DNA of 63,999 nt, the filler included, from Thermoplasmatota archaeon (GTDB lineage: Archaea; Thermoplasmatota; E2; JACPAO01; JAHFTW01), in assembly GCA_041623215.1 (NCBI GenBank). It is 4 parts of 4 records of this genome, joined end to end, with 100 filler letters (N's around TTAATTAATTAA, not from the genome) between each part and the next. Parts side by side here need not be neighbours in the genome. Positions count along the whole stretch, not along the records: positions 1 to 19,795 come from JBFJXH010000021.1; 3 more parts are not named here. The stretch is one strand, 5' to 3'. The notes under the pieces were generated by a model. That model was not told the origin of the DNA, did no database searches, and saw nothing but the letters and a program-made list of their open reading frames with translations. Both the position numbers and the translations under genes were made by a program. The first letter of the stretch is position 1, and each line of letters starts with the position of its first letter. Shown piece after piece: positions 1-9,373 of the stretch.

Positions 1-438
1 GACGATGCATGGTGGCAAGCGCACCGAGGTGCCACCCCACGGGACATGCTACGACTGGCAGCCGAAGAGGCGAGGCGCCGGGAGGTGCTTGCCACACTCC
101 CCTCGCCGCAGGGGCTTGGCGTAGTCGGAGCGTTTGTGGACGCGGTCGCGCGCAAGGCGCTTAGCGAAGGGGCCCACGCGGCCCGCACTTGGGCCCGCGC
201 CAATGCTGATGGAGTTCCAGCCGCCCACTTGTTCGCCTGCCTCGCGGCGCTTGCCAAGGGGGCATCCAGTGAAGTCGGGTTCACGCCAGACCAGGTGGAC
301 GCGGGCCGTGCATGGGCTGAGCCAGCTGCTGCCGTTCTGGAATCTACGGGGCCGTCCTACCTGGATGCGTTGGCAGCCTACCTCAGCGTCACCGGGACCG
401 GCGAGGTGGTTTCCAACGCCCCGCATCCGCCTACCTAG
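1..438 (+). CDS. Hypothetical protein, 5'-truncated by the window edge
   Basis: Frame is open from base 1 (DDAWWQAHRG...) to TAG at 438 and converges on korB; no recognisable motif. Confidence 0.5.
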   Translation, partial: DDAWWQAHRGATPRDMLRLAAEEARRREVLATLPSPQGLGVVGAFVDAVARKALSEGAHAARTWARANADGVPAAHLFACLAALAKGASSEVGFTPDQVDAGRAWAEPAAAVLESTGPSYLDALAAYLSVTGTGEVVSNAPHPPT

Positions 439-518
439 CGGAATCTCGGCAGGATGAATCGGCCCGAGGTGCCGCATGAACTTGCAGCGGCGTGGTTAAC
501 GGCCGTTTTGAGTAGTGC

Positions 519-1400
519 TCAGGCCGTCGCCAGAATCTTGTTGGCGATGGCGTTGAGGCCGGAGTCTGCGTTGGCAGCGGCCTCCGCCTTTTGGGCGGCA
601 ACCGCTTCTTGGAGCGTTTGCCGGTCTTCCTTGTAGAAGAGGCCGGTTGTGAAGGGGTCCTTGATGGCGGCTGCAATGGCGGCCGCCTGGTTGCTCGTGT
701 CGTGTGTGGCATCCAGCGAGTTTTGCGCGTTCCGGGCCTTCTCGTAGATGTCGTGGAACGTAACGCAGGGACTGATGCATTGCACGAAAGCATACCCGTC
801 GTGGTCAAACGCCTGTCCAATCAACTCGACCATTTGCTTGATGTTGCCAGAGTAAGCACGCGCAACGAAGGTAGCGCCGCTCAGGATGGCCAAGGCAAGG
901 GGATTGAGGGGACGGTCAGCGGACCGGTCGGCCGCCGCAAATGGCGTCGTCTTGGTCTTCAGGCCTTGTTCACTCGTCGGGCTAGCTTGGCCTTTGGTCA
1001 AGCCGTAAATCTCGTTGTCCATCATGACATAGGTCATGTGGGGATTGCGGCGTGCCGTGTGCAGGAAGTGGCCTGCACCGATGGCCATGCCGTCGCCGTC
1101 GCCGCCAACCGCGATAATGTGGCGTTCGGGGTCGGCCAAGGCCATGCCCATCGCAACGGGCAAAGCACGTCCGTGGACGGAGTGGAATCCGTAACTCTTC
1201 ATGAAGTGAGGGAACCGACTGCTGCAGCCGATGCCGCTCACGAAGACCAAGTCCTTCTGGGGAATCTGGCGCTCCGCCAACGCGCGCTGCGTCGCGGCCA
1301 ACACCCCGAAGTCACCGCAACCAGGGCACCAAACCGGCGGCAACTCGCCCTTGTAGTCCTTGGGCTTGAGTTGCACCGTCGTTGTTGCCTGTTCGCTCAT
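519..1400 (-). CDS. korB: 2-oxoacid:ferredoxin oxidoreductase beta subunit
   Basis: WCPGCGDFG, GIGCS, HGRALP, TPP-binding GGDGD...DNEIYGLTKGQ; GGAGG SD; overlaps the alpha-subunit stop. Confidence 0.95.
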   Translation of the reverse strand: MSEQATTTVQLKPKDYKGELPPVWCPGCGDFGVLAATQRALAERQIPQKDLVFVSGIGCSSRFPHFMKSYGFHSVHGRALPVAMGMALADPERHIIAVGGDGDGMAIGAGHFLHTARRNPHMTYVMMDNEIYGLTKGQASPTSEQGLKTKTTPFAAADRSADRPLNPLALAILSGATFVARAYSGNIKQMVELIGQAFDHDGYAFVQCISPCVTFHDIYEKARNAQNSLDATHDTSNQAAAIAAAIKDPFTTGLFYKEDRQTLQEAVAAQKAEAAANADSGLNAIANKILATA

Positions 1401-3157
1401 GCTGTGACCTCCCGTTCTACCACTGCGTCGCGGCCAGCAAGGATGGCTTCCATTTTCTCTTGGACCTCGAGCCAGGTCAAGGGTGTTCCCATCACTTGAT
1501 TCAGGCGGTGGTAGTCGCGCACGGTGCGCTTGCGAAGCAGCCCCTCGAGTTGGCCGGTGTAGTTCATCTCAACCACTAGGACTTCCGGTGCCGCTTCAAT
1601 GCGATCCAGGAAGCCATCTTCCGGCAACGGGTGGAGAATCTTCGGGCAGAGGTAACCGACCTTGTGGCCCTCTTCGATGAGGCGCTGGACGGCCTCCTTG
1701 ACCGGCCCCTTGGTGCTGCCCCAGGTGACCACGAGAACATCTGGCTTTTCGTCGCCGAATTGCTCCAACGCCATGGGGTACTTCCACGCGTCCTTGATTT
1801 TCCCCATGCGCTTCTCCATCATGGCGGTGTGGTTTTCGCCAGTGTAGGTGGGGTCGCCAAATTCGTTATGTTCGAGCCCTTCGGCAACGTAGAATCCTTT
1901 GTCCATGCCGGGAAGGCTCATGGGCGAAATGCCGCTGTCCGTGTGCATGTAACGCTTGAACCCGCCCTCCACTTGCAGCTCTTCCTCGGTCGCCAAGCGC
2001 CGGGACTCGAGGGTCATGCCTTCGAGGGTCGGCTCAAGGATGTTTTCGCGTCGGTTGCCCAAGCTGTGGTCCGTGGCCAAGTAAACCGGGCACTGGTAGC
2101 GCTCGGCCAGATTGAAGGCCCAGACGGTTTGATAGAAGCAGTCGCGGACGCCGGCAGGCGCCAGCACAATGCGGGGCGATTCGCCGTTGGTTCCGTACAC
2201 CATCATGTTCAGGTCGGACTGCTCCGTCTTGGTTGGCAGGCCGGTGCTGGGGCCGCCGCGCATCGCGTTGACGACAACGACCGGCAATTCGATGGTGGCG
2301 GCGTGGCCGATGAGTTCCTGCATGAGGGCAATGCCGGGGCCGCTGGTGGCGGTCATCGACTTCTTGCCGACGTAGGAGGCGCCGAGGCACAGCGCCAGGG
2401 CGCTCATTTCGTCCTCGGCTTGAATCAAGGTGCCGCCCTTCTTGGGCATCTCGACGGCGAGTGCTTCCAGGACGCTGCTGGCGGGCGTAATGGGGTAGCC
2501 GCCGAAGAATTCGACACCGGCAACGAGGGCTCCGAGGGCGATGGCCTGGTTGCCGTTGATAATCATCTTGTCGTCGTCTTCCGCCTGGATGGATAGGGAC
2601 TCCTCGTGGCGGCGGGCAAGGGTGGAAATGAAGTCGTAGGCAGCGTCCACTGCCTCGTCGTTCTTTTCGAGAATCTTGGGGTTCTTGCCCTTGAACTTCT
2701 TACGAACCGTCCGCTTAATCGAGTCGGCCGGCACGTCGTAGAGGGCCGCGCAGCACGCGACGGCGAAGACGTTCTTGGACTTGGGTGAGCCGACGCGTTC
2801 TTTGACAAGGCCATCAAAGTCAATGGCGTACGTCACCATGTCGGGGCGCTCCGGCACATCCGTCACCTGACTCGGGTCATAGATGAGGACGCCGCCGGGG
2901 CGAAGGGCGTCGAGGTGCTTGTCAATCCCTTCTTGGTTGAAGCTGCAAAGCACATCCACGCTCGAACCACTGGAGAGCACTTCGCCCGTGGCCGCACGGA
3001 CTTGGAACCAACAATGGCCGCCTTTGATCTCGGCGGGGTAAGACTCGAACGTAAAGACGTTGAAACCGATGTCACTGACCGCCAGGGTGGCGATCTCCCC
3101 GGCGGAGATGACACCTTCACCGGACTCGCCGGCGACGCGGAACGTGAAACTCGTAAT
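1397..3157 (-). CDS. korA: 2-oxoacid:ferredoxin oxidoreductase alpha subunit (probable ATT start)
   Basis: GYPITP, EDE, TATSGPG, RGGPSTGLPTKTEQSD; the conserved N-terminus TSFTFRVAGESGEGVIS...YPAEIKGGH lies in frame upstream of the listed ORF start (2980). Confidence 0.93.
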   Translation of the reverse strand: MTSFTFRVAGESGEGVISAGEIATLAVSDIGFNVFTFESYPAEIKGGHCWFQVRAATGEVLSSGSSVDVLCSFNQEGIDKHLDALRPGGVLIYDPSQVTDVPERPDMVTYAIDFDGLVKERVGSPKSKNVFAVACCAALYDVPADSIKRTVRKKFKGKNPKILEKNDEAVDAAYDFISTLARRHEESLSIQAEDDDKMIINGNQAIALGALVAGVEFFGGYPITPASSVLEALAVEMPKKGGTLIQAEDEMSALALCLGASYVGKKSMTATSGPGIALMQELIGHAATIELPVVVVNAMRGGPSTGLPTKTEQSDLNMMVYGTNGESPRIVLAPAGVRDCFYQTVWAFNLAERYQCPVYLATDHSLGNRRENILEPTLEGMTLESRRLATEEELQVEGGFKRYMHTDSGISPMSLPGMDKGFYVAEGLEHNEFGDPTYTGENHTAMMEKRMGKIKDAWKYPMALEQFGDEKPDVLVVTWGSTKGPVKEAVQRLIEEGHKVGYLCPKILHPLPEDGFLDRIEAAPEVLVVEMNYTGQLEGLLRKRTVRDYHRLNQVMGTPLTWLEVQEKMEAILAGRDAVVEREVTA

Positions 3158-3217
3158 GACGGCACCTTCGGCCCGGCTCCAACAGAAGAAGCGGGCTGTT
3201 TCGCGGCAAGTCCTGGC

Positions 3218-3225
3218 TTATTAAA
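3218..3225 (-). promoter_or_regulatory. TATA box of korAB (TTTAATAA)
   Basis: AT-rich octamer about 60 nt upstream of the inferred start in a GC-rich context. Confidence 0.6.
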
Positions 3226-3362
3226 GGCTTGAGGGCTCGATTAGGGCTCGGAACGGGTCGCGCGCGAGCGGGCTGCAGGGCGTTCTGGTTCGCTTTGAAT
3301 CGCCCTGCGACCTCTGTTGGGGCAGGCGCCAATGGTGGCTTCCTTGCCGTCGTAGGGGTGGA

Positions 3363-4787
3363 TTACGCCCGACGCCGGCTAGCGAACGCCGCTCCCAGGA
3401 ACAGCAGGGCGACGGCGCCAAGCGCTGGCCCGGGGCTTTCTTCGCCCGCTCCATCGGCGCTGTCCGTGGCCGCGTTGTCGCCGCCGGCACCCGTGGGGCC
3501 CTGGCCGGCACCCTGGACGCCGCCCGCCGACGCGTCCTCAATCTGAATCATCAGCGCTTGATGGAGAACCTTGGTGGTGCCCCCTTCGCCTACATAGTCC
3601 AGAGTCGCGTTGACTTGGTAGCCGCCGGAAGCCGCGTTGGCGGGCGGGTCCACGATGACATAGGTCTCGATGGTTTGTCCAGAGTCCACCACGTAGTGCG
3701 GCTGCTCCCAGCGAACCGTCCAGCCTTCGGGGCCGACGGCCGTTGGGTTAACGTGCCCCTGTCCGCCGCCGGTGTTCTGCAGTGTGAAGGCAAACTCGGC
3801 GCCGGAGCCGGCAGTGATGGTCTTGGCGGTTTGGGCGACGGTCATGGTAACCAAGGCGGCGTCCTGGGTAATCGCCCCGCCGGCGACGGTGCTTCCTAGG
3901 TGGATGTCCTTGGTGGCGACATTGCCGTAGGTGTCGGTGGCGATGACGCGAATGACGTCGTCGGTGGTCAGAGCGCGGCCGGTCCACCGGTACGCTTCGC
4001 CCAGGTAATCGCATTTCTGGGGCGGTTGCTGGCTGCATTCGGGCACCAAGACTGTGGCAAGGCCGTTGGGGCCGTAGCCAGGAATTTGGTCATTGTCCCA
4101 GAGCCGGCCTTCCCAGCTGGCCAGGGCGGTGGTGATGTCGTCGCCATTGAGCAGCACCTGCACGTTGTCAAGTTCCTCTGCGAATTCTACCGTGAACCCG
4201 GTCCCTTCGGCTAGTGCCCCGTCGCCCGGCAAGATAATGGGCCAGGGAACCACGATGTCCTTGGCGTTGTTGCCGCTGCAGTATTCGGGTTGCGGAGCCG
4301 CGTCGGGGCAATTGTCGACGATGGCCTTGGCCCACGAGCGGGCGAGTTCGTTGTCGTTGGCGTCGTAGGCGTGGACGGCCGCAATGTATTGGCCATCGGG
4401 AACGAGGGTCGTTTGGAGGTTGATGAAGAAGCCGTCATCGGGATTGGTGTCGGCGCGATAGTTCTGCACATAGCCGCCGGTGAACCAAGCCGGTCGGTCG
4501 CACGCCGACTCATCAACATCGCCGATGCCTGGGCCGTACGGCCCGAAGCTGAACCCAAACGTCGTAATCTGGTCGGCCGCAGCACCCACGGCTTGGAATT
4601 GGATGAAGAAGTTGCCACTGGCCCGAATGAATCCGTCGGCGTCGGGGTTGAGGCCAGGATTTCGGAAGATGAGTTGGACATCACCGCACGACATCCAGCC
4701 TGGCTCCTGGGCCGACGCCGTAGGCGCCGCGACGGTCAGAAGCAGGAGTCCGCAGGCGGCCGCTACGCAGCCGTACACCACACGCAT
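3363..4787 (-). CDS. Secreted surface protein with NEW3/Ig-like domain and PGF-CTERM-like sorting tail
   Basis: Signal peptide (ASA-Q); GPEGWTV...PPANAASGGY NEW3-like motif; C-terminal ESPGP + TM + RRRA. Confidence 0.75.
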   Translation of the reverse strand: MRVVYGCVAAACGLLLLTVAAPTASAQEPGWMSCGDVQLIFRNPGLNPDADGFIRASGNFFIQFQAVGAAADQITTFGFSFGPYGPGIGDVDESACDRPAWFTGGYVQNYRADTNPDDGFFINLQTTLVPDGQYIAAVHAYDANDNELARSWAKAIVDNCPDAAPQPEYCSGNNAKDIVVPWPIILPGDGALAEGTGFTVEFAEELDNVQVLLNGDDITTALASWEGRLWDNDQIPGYGPNGLATVLVPECSQQPPQKCDYLGEAYRWTGRALTTDDVIRVIATDTYGNVATKDIHLGSTVAGGAITQDAALVTMTVAQTAKTITAGSGAEFAFTLQNTGGGQGHVNPTAVGPEGWTVRWEQPHYVVDSGQTIETYVIVDPPANAASGGYQVNATLDYVGEGGTTKVLHQALMIQIEDASAGGVQGAGQGPTGAGGDNAATDSADGAGEESPGPALGAVALLFLGAAFASRRRA

Positions 4788-4846
4788 GACCCTGCTGACG
4801 CAAGGCGTGCGTCATAAGGGTTGTCGGCGCGGGTAGTGAACGCGTT

Positions 4847-5626
4847 TCAGGCCGCGAAGGTCTTGATGAGGTCGGTTCGCGTGACGATGCCTTCAATCAC
4901 TTCGCCGCCATTCACGATGGGCAGCGCGCCAACGTGGTTGTCCAGCATGAGTGCCGCTGCTTCCTTCGCGGTCGTGGTTGGCTTTGCGGTCACGACGGTT
5001 CGCTTCATGTGATCGCCAACCGACATATCGCGCACCGTGGCCTTCTGAACGCTTTGGTCGGCTTGCTTGAAGCGGGCAAACGCCGCCGCGATTTCGTGTT
5101 CGGCAATGATGCCCACGATGCGGCCCTGGTCCAGCACCGGCAGACGCGCTACGTCGTGGTCGAGGATGACGCGTCGGGCGTGCACCAGGCGGTCTCCGCT
5201 TCCCACACTGCACACTTCTGTGTGCATGAGGTCACTCATGGCGGCGTTGGACTCCACCAGGTGAAGCAAGTCGGCCTTCGTGACTACGCCTTCTAGGGAG
5301 TTGCCACGAACCACCGGAATCATGGTCAGGCCCGGTTTGCCCACATCCACCAGGAGGTTGGCGAGCGCCTCGTCCGGGTGGGCGACGACGAAATCCTTTG
5401 TCATCACGCTGGATGCGTGTAGGGTGGTCATTTGGATGCCTTTGTTGTGGGCTCGGCCTAACTTATCGGCAATCATGCCATCGGTGACGATGCCCACCAA
5501 TGCGCCGTCTTCGGTAACGGGAATCTTGGTGATTCCGTGCTCCTCCATCAGGGACAGTACGTCCCGCAGGTTACGGTCCTTATCGACCGTGACGACATTG
5601 TTGGTCATTACGTCACTTACCTTCAT
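4847..5626 (-). CDS. Four-CBS-domain protein
   Basis: KVSDVMT, LVGIVTDG, LPV..G.IVGII, EGIVTRTDL: two Bateman modules. Confidence 0.9.
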   Translation of the reverse strand: MKVSDVMTNNVVTVDKDRNLRDVLSLMEEHGITKIPVTEDGALVGIVTDGMIADKLGRAHNKGIQMTTLHASSVMTKDFVVAHPDEALANLLVDVGKPGLTMIPVVRGNSLEGVVTKADLLHLVESNAAMSDLMHTEVCSVGSGDRLVHARRVILDHDVARLPVLDQGRIVGIIAEHEIAAAFARFKQADQSVQKATVRDMSVGDHMKRTVVTAKPTTTAKEAAALMLDNHVGALPIVNGGEVIEGIVTRTDLIKTFAA

Positions 5627-5876
5627 GGTAGTCAACTCCAGGTTCGAAGCGCGCGCCCTGCCCATGCCGGCCGCCAAAGATTGCCGCCGGGGCCGAGGCC
5701 GGATGTTCCGGTACCAAGGACACGCAGCATGTACTATGGTTTCTGACGTTTAGAAAGGCTTGGCCTGGTGACGTGGTCCGAGAATGAGTGTGCGCCCCTA
5801 TAGTGGCTCAAAACGTGTCCGTCGTCGGGACTAGCCTGACTGGCCCAAGGTCCCACGAGCCGACGCCACGGCCAGA

Positions 5877-6542
5877 GTGCTTTCACCCACGCGACCCTCT
5901 CCCCTCTATGCCCTTCTTGTAACTCGGCATCCCGTGGACGGCGAACCAGCAACTGTGCCTGTCACGTCGCAGACTCGGACCCGCCAAGCAACAACACGCG
6001 TGCCGGGCAAGCAAACCAAGCAACCCAGCGGCCACGAATCAGGGGCGCCGAGCGAGGCGGCCACGGCGTCCAACGGCCAACAGGCCCCGGAGGCCAAGCG
6101 CCGCCGAGTCAACACCAGCAACAAGGGCGCTGCCATTGAATTGCTGGCCATCAAGCACCTAGAGGGGCTTGGCTACACAGTCCACCGCTGCGTGCGAACC
6201 GGCATGCGCCGCGGGTCCCGATGGATTAGCCAAAGCAATGATGTCTTTGGCTGCATTGACCTCATCGCCAAGAAGACGGGCGAACGAACACGCTGGATTC
6301 AAGTCACGGCCGACGGCGGCATTGGGCGCAAGAAGGACAAGCTGGACGCCGTGCCGTGGGACGGCCTGTTCGACTCCGTGGAAATTTGGCGCTGGGTTGG
6401 CGGCCGCAGCCGGCGCCACAAGACGACTGGCGAATTGCTGGAACGACAATACTTCCAGGTGTATCATCACGACGACCAGTATGCGCTGGATGCCGATCGC
6501 CGCATCCGTCTGGCAGACACCGGCGAGGACGGCGTGCGATGA
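5877..6542 (+). CDS. Hjc-like PD-(D/E)xK-fold nuclease (QxT variant); start uncertain (GTG at 5877, 5934 or 5955)
   Basis: KGAAIE...LEGLGYTVHR...DVFGCIDLIA...WIQVT matches the Hjc-family motif layout; stop overlaps the next ATG. Confidence 0.65.
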   Translation: MLSPTRPSPLYALLVTRHPVDGEPATVPVTSQTRTRQATTRVPGKQTKQPSGHESGAPSEAATASNGQQAPEAKRRRVNTSNKGAAIELLAIKHLEGLGYTVHRCVRTGMRRGSRWISQSNDVFGCIDLIAKKTGERTRWIQVTADGGIGRKKDKLDAVPWDGLFDSVEIWRWVGGRSRRHKTTGELLERQYFQVYHHDDQYALDADRRIRLADTGEDGVR

Positions 6543-8602
6543 CGCTTCAGGCGGTTATGGCCGCTGCTCCGACCTCCGGAGGACAAGCCAGCGACCGCGC
6601 GGACTATGCGGCCCTGAACCTGCCGGGCCTGGGGCCACAACTACGAGCCAGCATCCAGGAACGCCTCGGTCCTGGTGGTCTCCAAGACTGCCTTGAAGCC
6701 CGAGACGTGGCACGGCTTGGAAGCGTCCCCGGGGTGGGTCGCCGCCGCGCTATCACGTGGACGGCGTCCTACCATGGTTTACGCACGATGGAAACATTCG
6801 CCTGCACTCCCGAAGCGCAACGGGTCTGGAAGGGCATCCAGGAACGCCTGGCGGCCTGTGCCGCTACCCCGCAGGGCAAAGACGCGCTGGCGATGCTGCC
6901 GCTTCACGATGACGTTGATGCGGCAGCGGGGCACGCCGAGCAGGTCATGGCGGCAGCCGATGAGGTTGCCGCGTTGGCGGATGCGAATGCGGTTGCCTCC
7001 GCACTGGCGCGGATTCGACCGCTGGTGGGCGAGGCGCCGCGCAGCATGGCCGACGTGCTGGTGGTTTGCGAAACGCCAGCCATCGAGGATGACCTGCATA
7101 AACGCGGCCTAGCGCGCCACGCCGATGTCGTGGGCCCCGAAGGCTTGCGCCGCGCCGACGAGGCAGAGCTGGTTCTCTTCGTCTACGATGAGGGGGAATT
7201 GGATGTATCGGGCCTTGACAACGTCCTTGAGGTGCCAGCCGGAGCGGCCGACGCCGTACTGGTGCCCCACGCCCTCAAGGCATGGGCGCTGCACCATGCC
7301 GCCACCATTCGGGCCATGGCCGACTTGGAATCGGCAACTGGACGCCCCGGGCCCGCCGCCGACATTGCCCGCCTCCTCGCCGACGAGCCTACCTCCAGCA
7401 CGGCCCCGGCCTCGCCCAAGCTTTCCCAGGGCGACCTAGACAAACTGGCCAAGGAACTCACAGACCAAGTGCGCGCGGAGGTGGAAACAAGCATGGCCAG
7501 CCTGGCCCTTTCCGGCGGCGACTTGTTGGCGGCCCTGCGGGACGAAATCCCCGCGCCTGTGCAGGCCCTCATCCGCGCAGCCATCAAGCAGGCAGAAGAC
7601 GCCTTCGAAGAGCGCACAGGCCTCCGGGCAAGCCTGTGGCATGCCACCCTGCCACCGACGCTGGATGACGAGGAGTTGCGATGCCTCGCCAAGCAATACG
7701 GACGTGCCGACGCCTTGCAGAAGTACCGGCGTGACGTGGAAGTTGCCAAGCTGGTGGAACAGTCGCGCCGTAGCCTCCAGGACTCAGCTCTTGCGTGGCT
7801 GCGGTGGGACCGCACGTTTGCGTTGGGGCGCTTCGTGCTGCGCTACAACCTTCGGCCCGCCACCTGGGGGGATTGTCTGGCAGTGCGTGACAGTATCCAC
7901 TTGGGGCTGGCGGGCGACCGTTCAGCCCAACGACTCGCTTACACGATTGGGGGCGGCCCGTCCGGCAAAGGCTGCGACCAGCGGGCCAACGTGGCCCTCC
8001 TAACCGGTGCCAACTCAGGTGGCAAATCGACGCTCTTGGAGCATCTTGCCCAAGTGACCATGATGGCACACGCCGGCCTTCCGGTGGTTGGCTCCTGCGT
8101 CGTCCCGTGGCTTGACGCGGTTCACCTCATGGCGCCCCGGCGTGGCCTCGATGCCGGTGCCTTCGAGACGTTCCTTACGACCTTCATGCCCCTGGCCAAT
8201 TGCCCTGGACGCAACCTCGTATTGGCGGATGAGTTGGAGGCGACGACCGAATTGGAAGCGGCCGGCCGCATTCTTGGCTTCTGGATTGACCGGATGGCCA
8301 AGGGGCATAGCCTGGCGGTCGTCGTCACGCACGTGGCGCCACAAATTCTGGTCCATGTTCAAGCCCCGGTCCGCGTCGATGGCATCGAGGCGACTGGCTT
8401 AGATGGCAACAACAAGCTCATCGTGGAGCGCTGTCCGCGCATGGGACACCTCGCCCGCAGTACCCCGGAACTCATTGTACAGCGGTTGGCCGCCACCAAC
8501 GCAGGCGGGGGGGCGGGATTGTTTGCGGAATTGCTGGACGCGCTGCGCAACCAGGCTACCGAGCGGGGGGAATCACAGAGGGCCGGCGGGAGCCCTCGCT
8601 GA
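6539..8602 (+). CDS. mutS5: Archaeal MutS5-type ATPase with N-terminal HhH motifs
   Basis: HhH LPGLGP and VPGVGRRRA; Walker A TGANSGGKST; GAFE; Walker B LADELE; VVTH; no mismatch-binding or Smr domain recognised. Confidence 0.8.
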   Translation: MTLQAVMAAAPTSGGQASDRADYAALNLPGLGPQLRASIQERLGPGGLQDCLEARDVARLGSVPGVGRRRAITWTASYHGLRTMETFACTPEAQRVWKGIQERLAACAATPQGKDALAMLPLHDDVDAAAGHAEQVMAAADEVAALADANAVASALARIRPLVGEAPRSMADVLVVCETPAIEDDLHKRGLARHADVVGPEGLRRADEAELVLFVYDEGELDVSGLDNVLEVPAGAADAVLVPHALKAWALHHAATIRAMADLESATGRPGPAADIARLLADEPTSSTAPASPKLSQGDLDKLAKELTDQVRAEVETSMASLALSGGDLLAALRDEIPAPVQALIRAAIKQAEDAFEERTGLRASLWHATLPPTLDDEELRCLAKQYGRADALQKYRRDVEVAKLVEQSRRSLQDSALAWLRWDRTFALGRFVLRYNLRPATWGDCLAVRDSIHLGLAGDRSAQRLAYTIGGGPSGKGCDQRANVALLTGANSGGKSTLLEHLAQVTMMAHAGLPVVGSCVVPWLDAVHLMAPRRGLDAGAFETFLTTFMPLANCPGRNLVLADELEATTELEAAGRILGFWIDRMAKGHSLAVVVTHVAPQILVHVQAPVRVDGIEATGLDGNNKLIVERCPRMGHLARSTPELIVQRLAATNAGGGAGLFAELLDALRNQATERGESQRAGGSPR

Positions 8603-8698
8603 GCATCAACTTGGGGCGTCCGGTCGCCGCCCGATTTGGCTATTGGCCCGGACCCATGACCCAGAAACGGGTAAATGGGGGGCCCGGGTGGCGCGCTC

Positions 8699-9373
8699 GT
8701 GACCCGGCCGGCCGACGTGGAGGCTCTCAAGCAACTAGCTCTCATCGGCGGGCTGCAGGGGGAAATTGAGCTCTCGAGTGGCGAATTTGCCCGTCTCATT
8801 GATGCGAGCCAACAAACGGCCAGCCGCCGACTAATCGAGTTGACCCATGATGGCCTCGTGACGCGGCGCATGGGTCTTAGACGCCAGCGCATCCAGGTCA
8901 GCGAGGCGGGCGAAGCGCTGCTCCAGGCCGAGCACGCCGTGTATCGCCGCATCTTCGATGAGCAAGACGTGCTGCATTTTGCGGGAGCCGTGACAACCGG
9001 CCTGGGCGAGGGCCAATACTACCTGAGTCGCCCCGGATACATGGCGCCGTTTGAGCGGGACCTGGGTTGGCAGCCATTTCCAGGCACGCTGAACGTCCGA
9101 TTGGAGCCCGGGGAAGCCAGCAAACTGGGCATCCTGAAGCGCCAGGCACGCTTCAGCATCGATCGCTTCGAGGCAGAGGGCCGAACCTTCGGCGGCGTCC
9201 TCTACCACGAGGCCCAGGTGAATGGCCTTCCCTGCGCCACGGTCATGCCGAACCGTAGCCACTACACCAACGTCCTCGAGTTGATTGCGCCAACCTGCCT
9301 GCGGGAGACCATCCCCTGTGCTGACGGCGACCAATTGGAAGTGCGCGTCGCTTTGCAGGAGTCGCGCCGGTGA
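8699..9373 (+). CDS. ribK: CTP-dependent riboflavin kinase with N-terminal wHTH (RbkR type)
   Basis: SQQTASRRL HTH; G.V.TGLGEG.YY; PFPGTLN; LELIAP. Confidence 0.9.
   Translation: MTRPADVEALKQLALIGGLQGEIELSSGEFARLIDASQQTASRRLIELTHDGLVTRRMGLRRQRIQVSEAGEALLQAEHAVYRRIFDEQDVLHFAGAVTTGLGEGQYYLSRPGYMAPFERDLGWQPFPGTLNVRLEPGEASKLGILKRQARFSIDRFEAEGRTFGGVLYHEAQVNGLPCATVMPNRSHYTNVLELIAPTCLRETIPCADGDQLEVRVALQESRR

Noticed and set aside
2863..3165. Overlapping GTG ORF suggesting a frameshifted korA N-terminus
   Set aside because: The conserved N-terminus is already in the main korA frame; this GTG is part of the SD-like sequence
3275..3308. GCAGGGCG/CGCCCTGC hairpin as an ncRNA or terminator
   Set aside because: An 8-bp GC stem can arise by chance at this GC content, and there is no U-tract or other support
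5877..6542. Phage-like nuclease as evidence of a provirus
   Set aside because: No integrase, capsid, terminase or att sites; flanked by housekeeping genes
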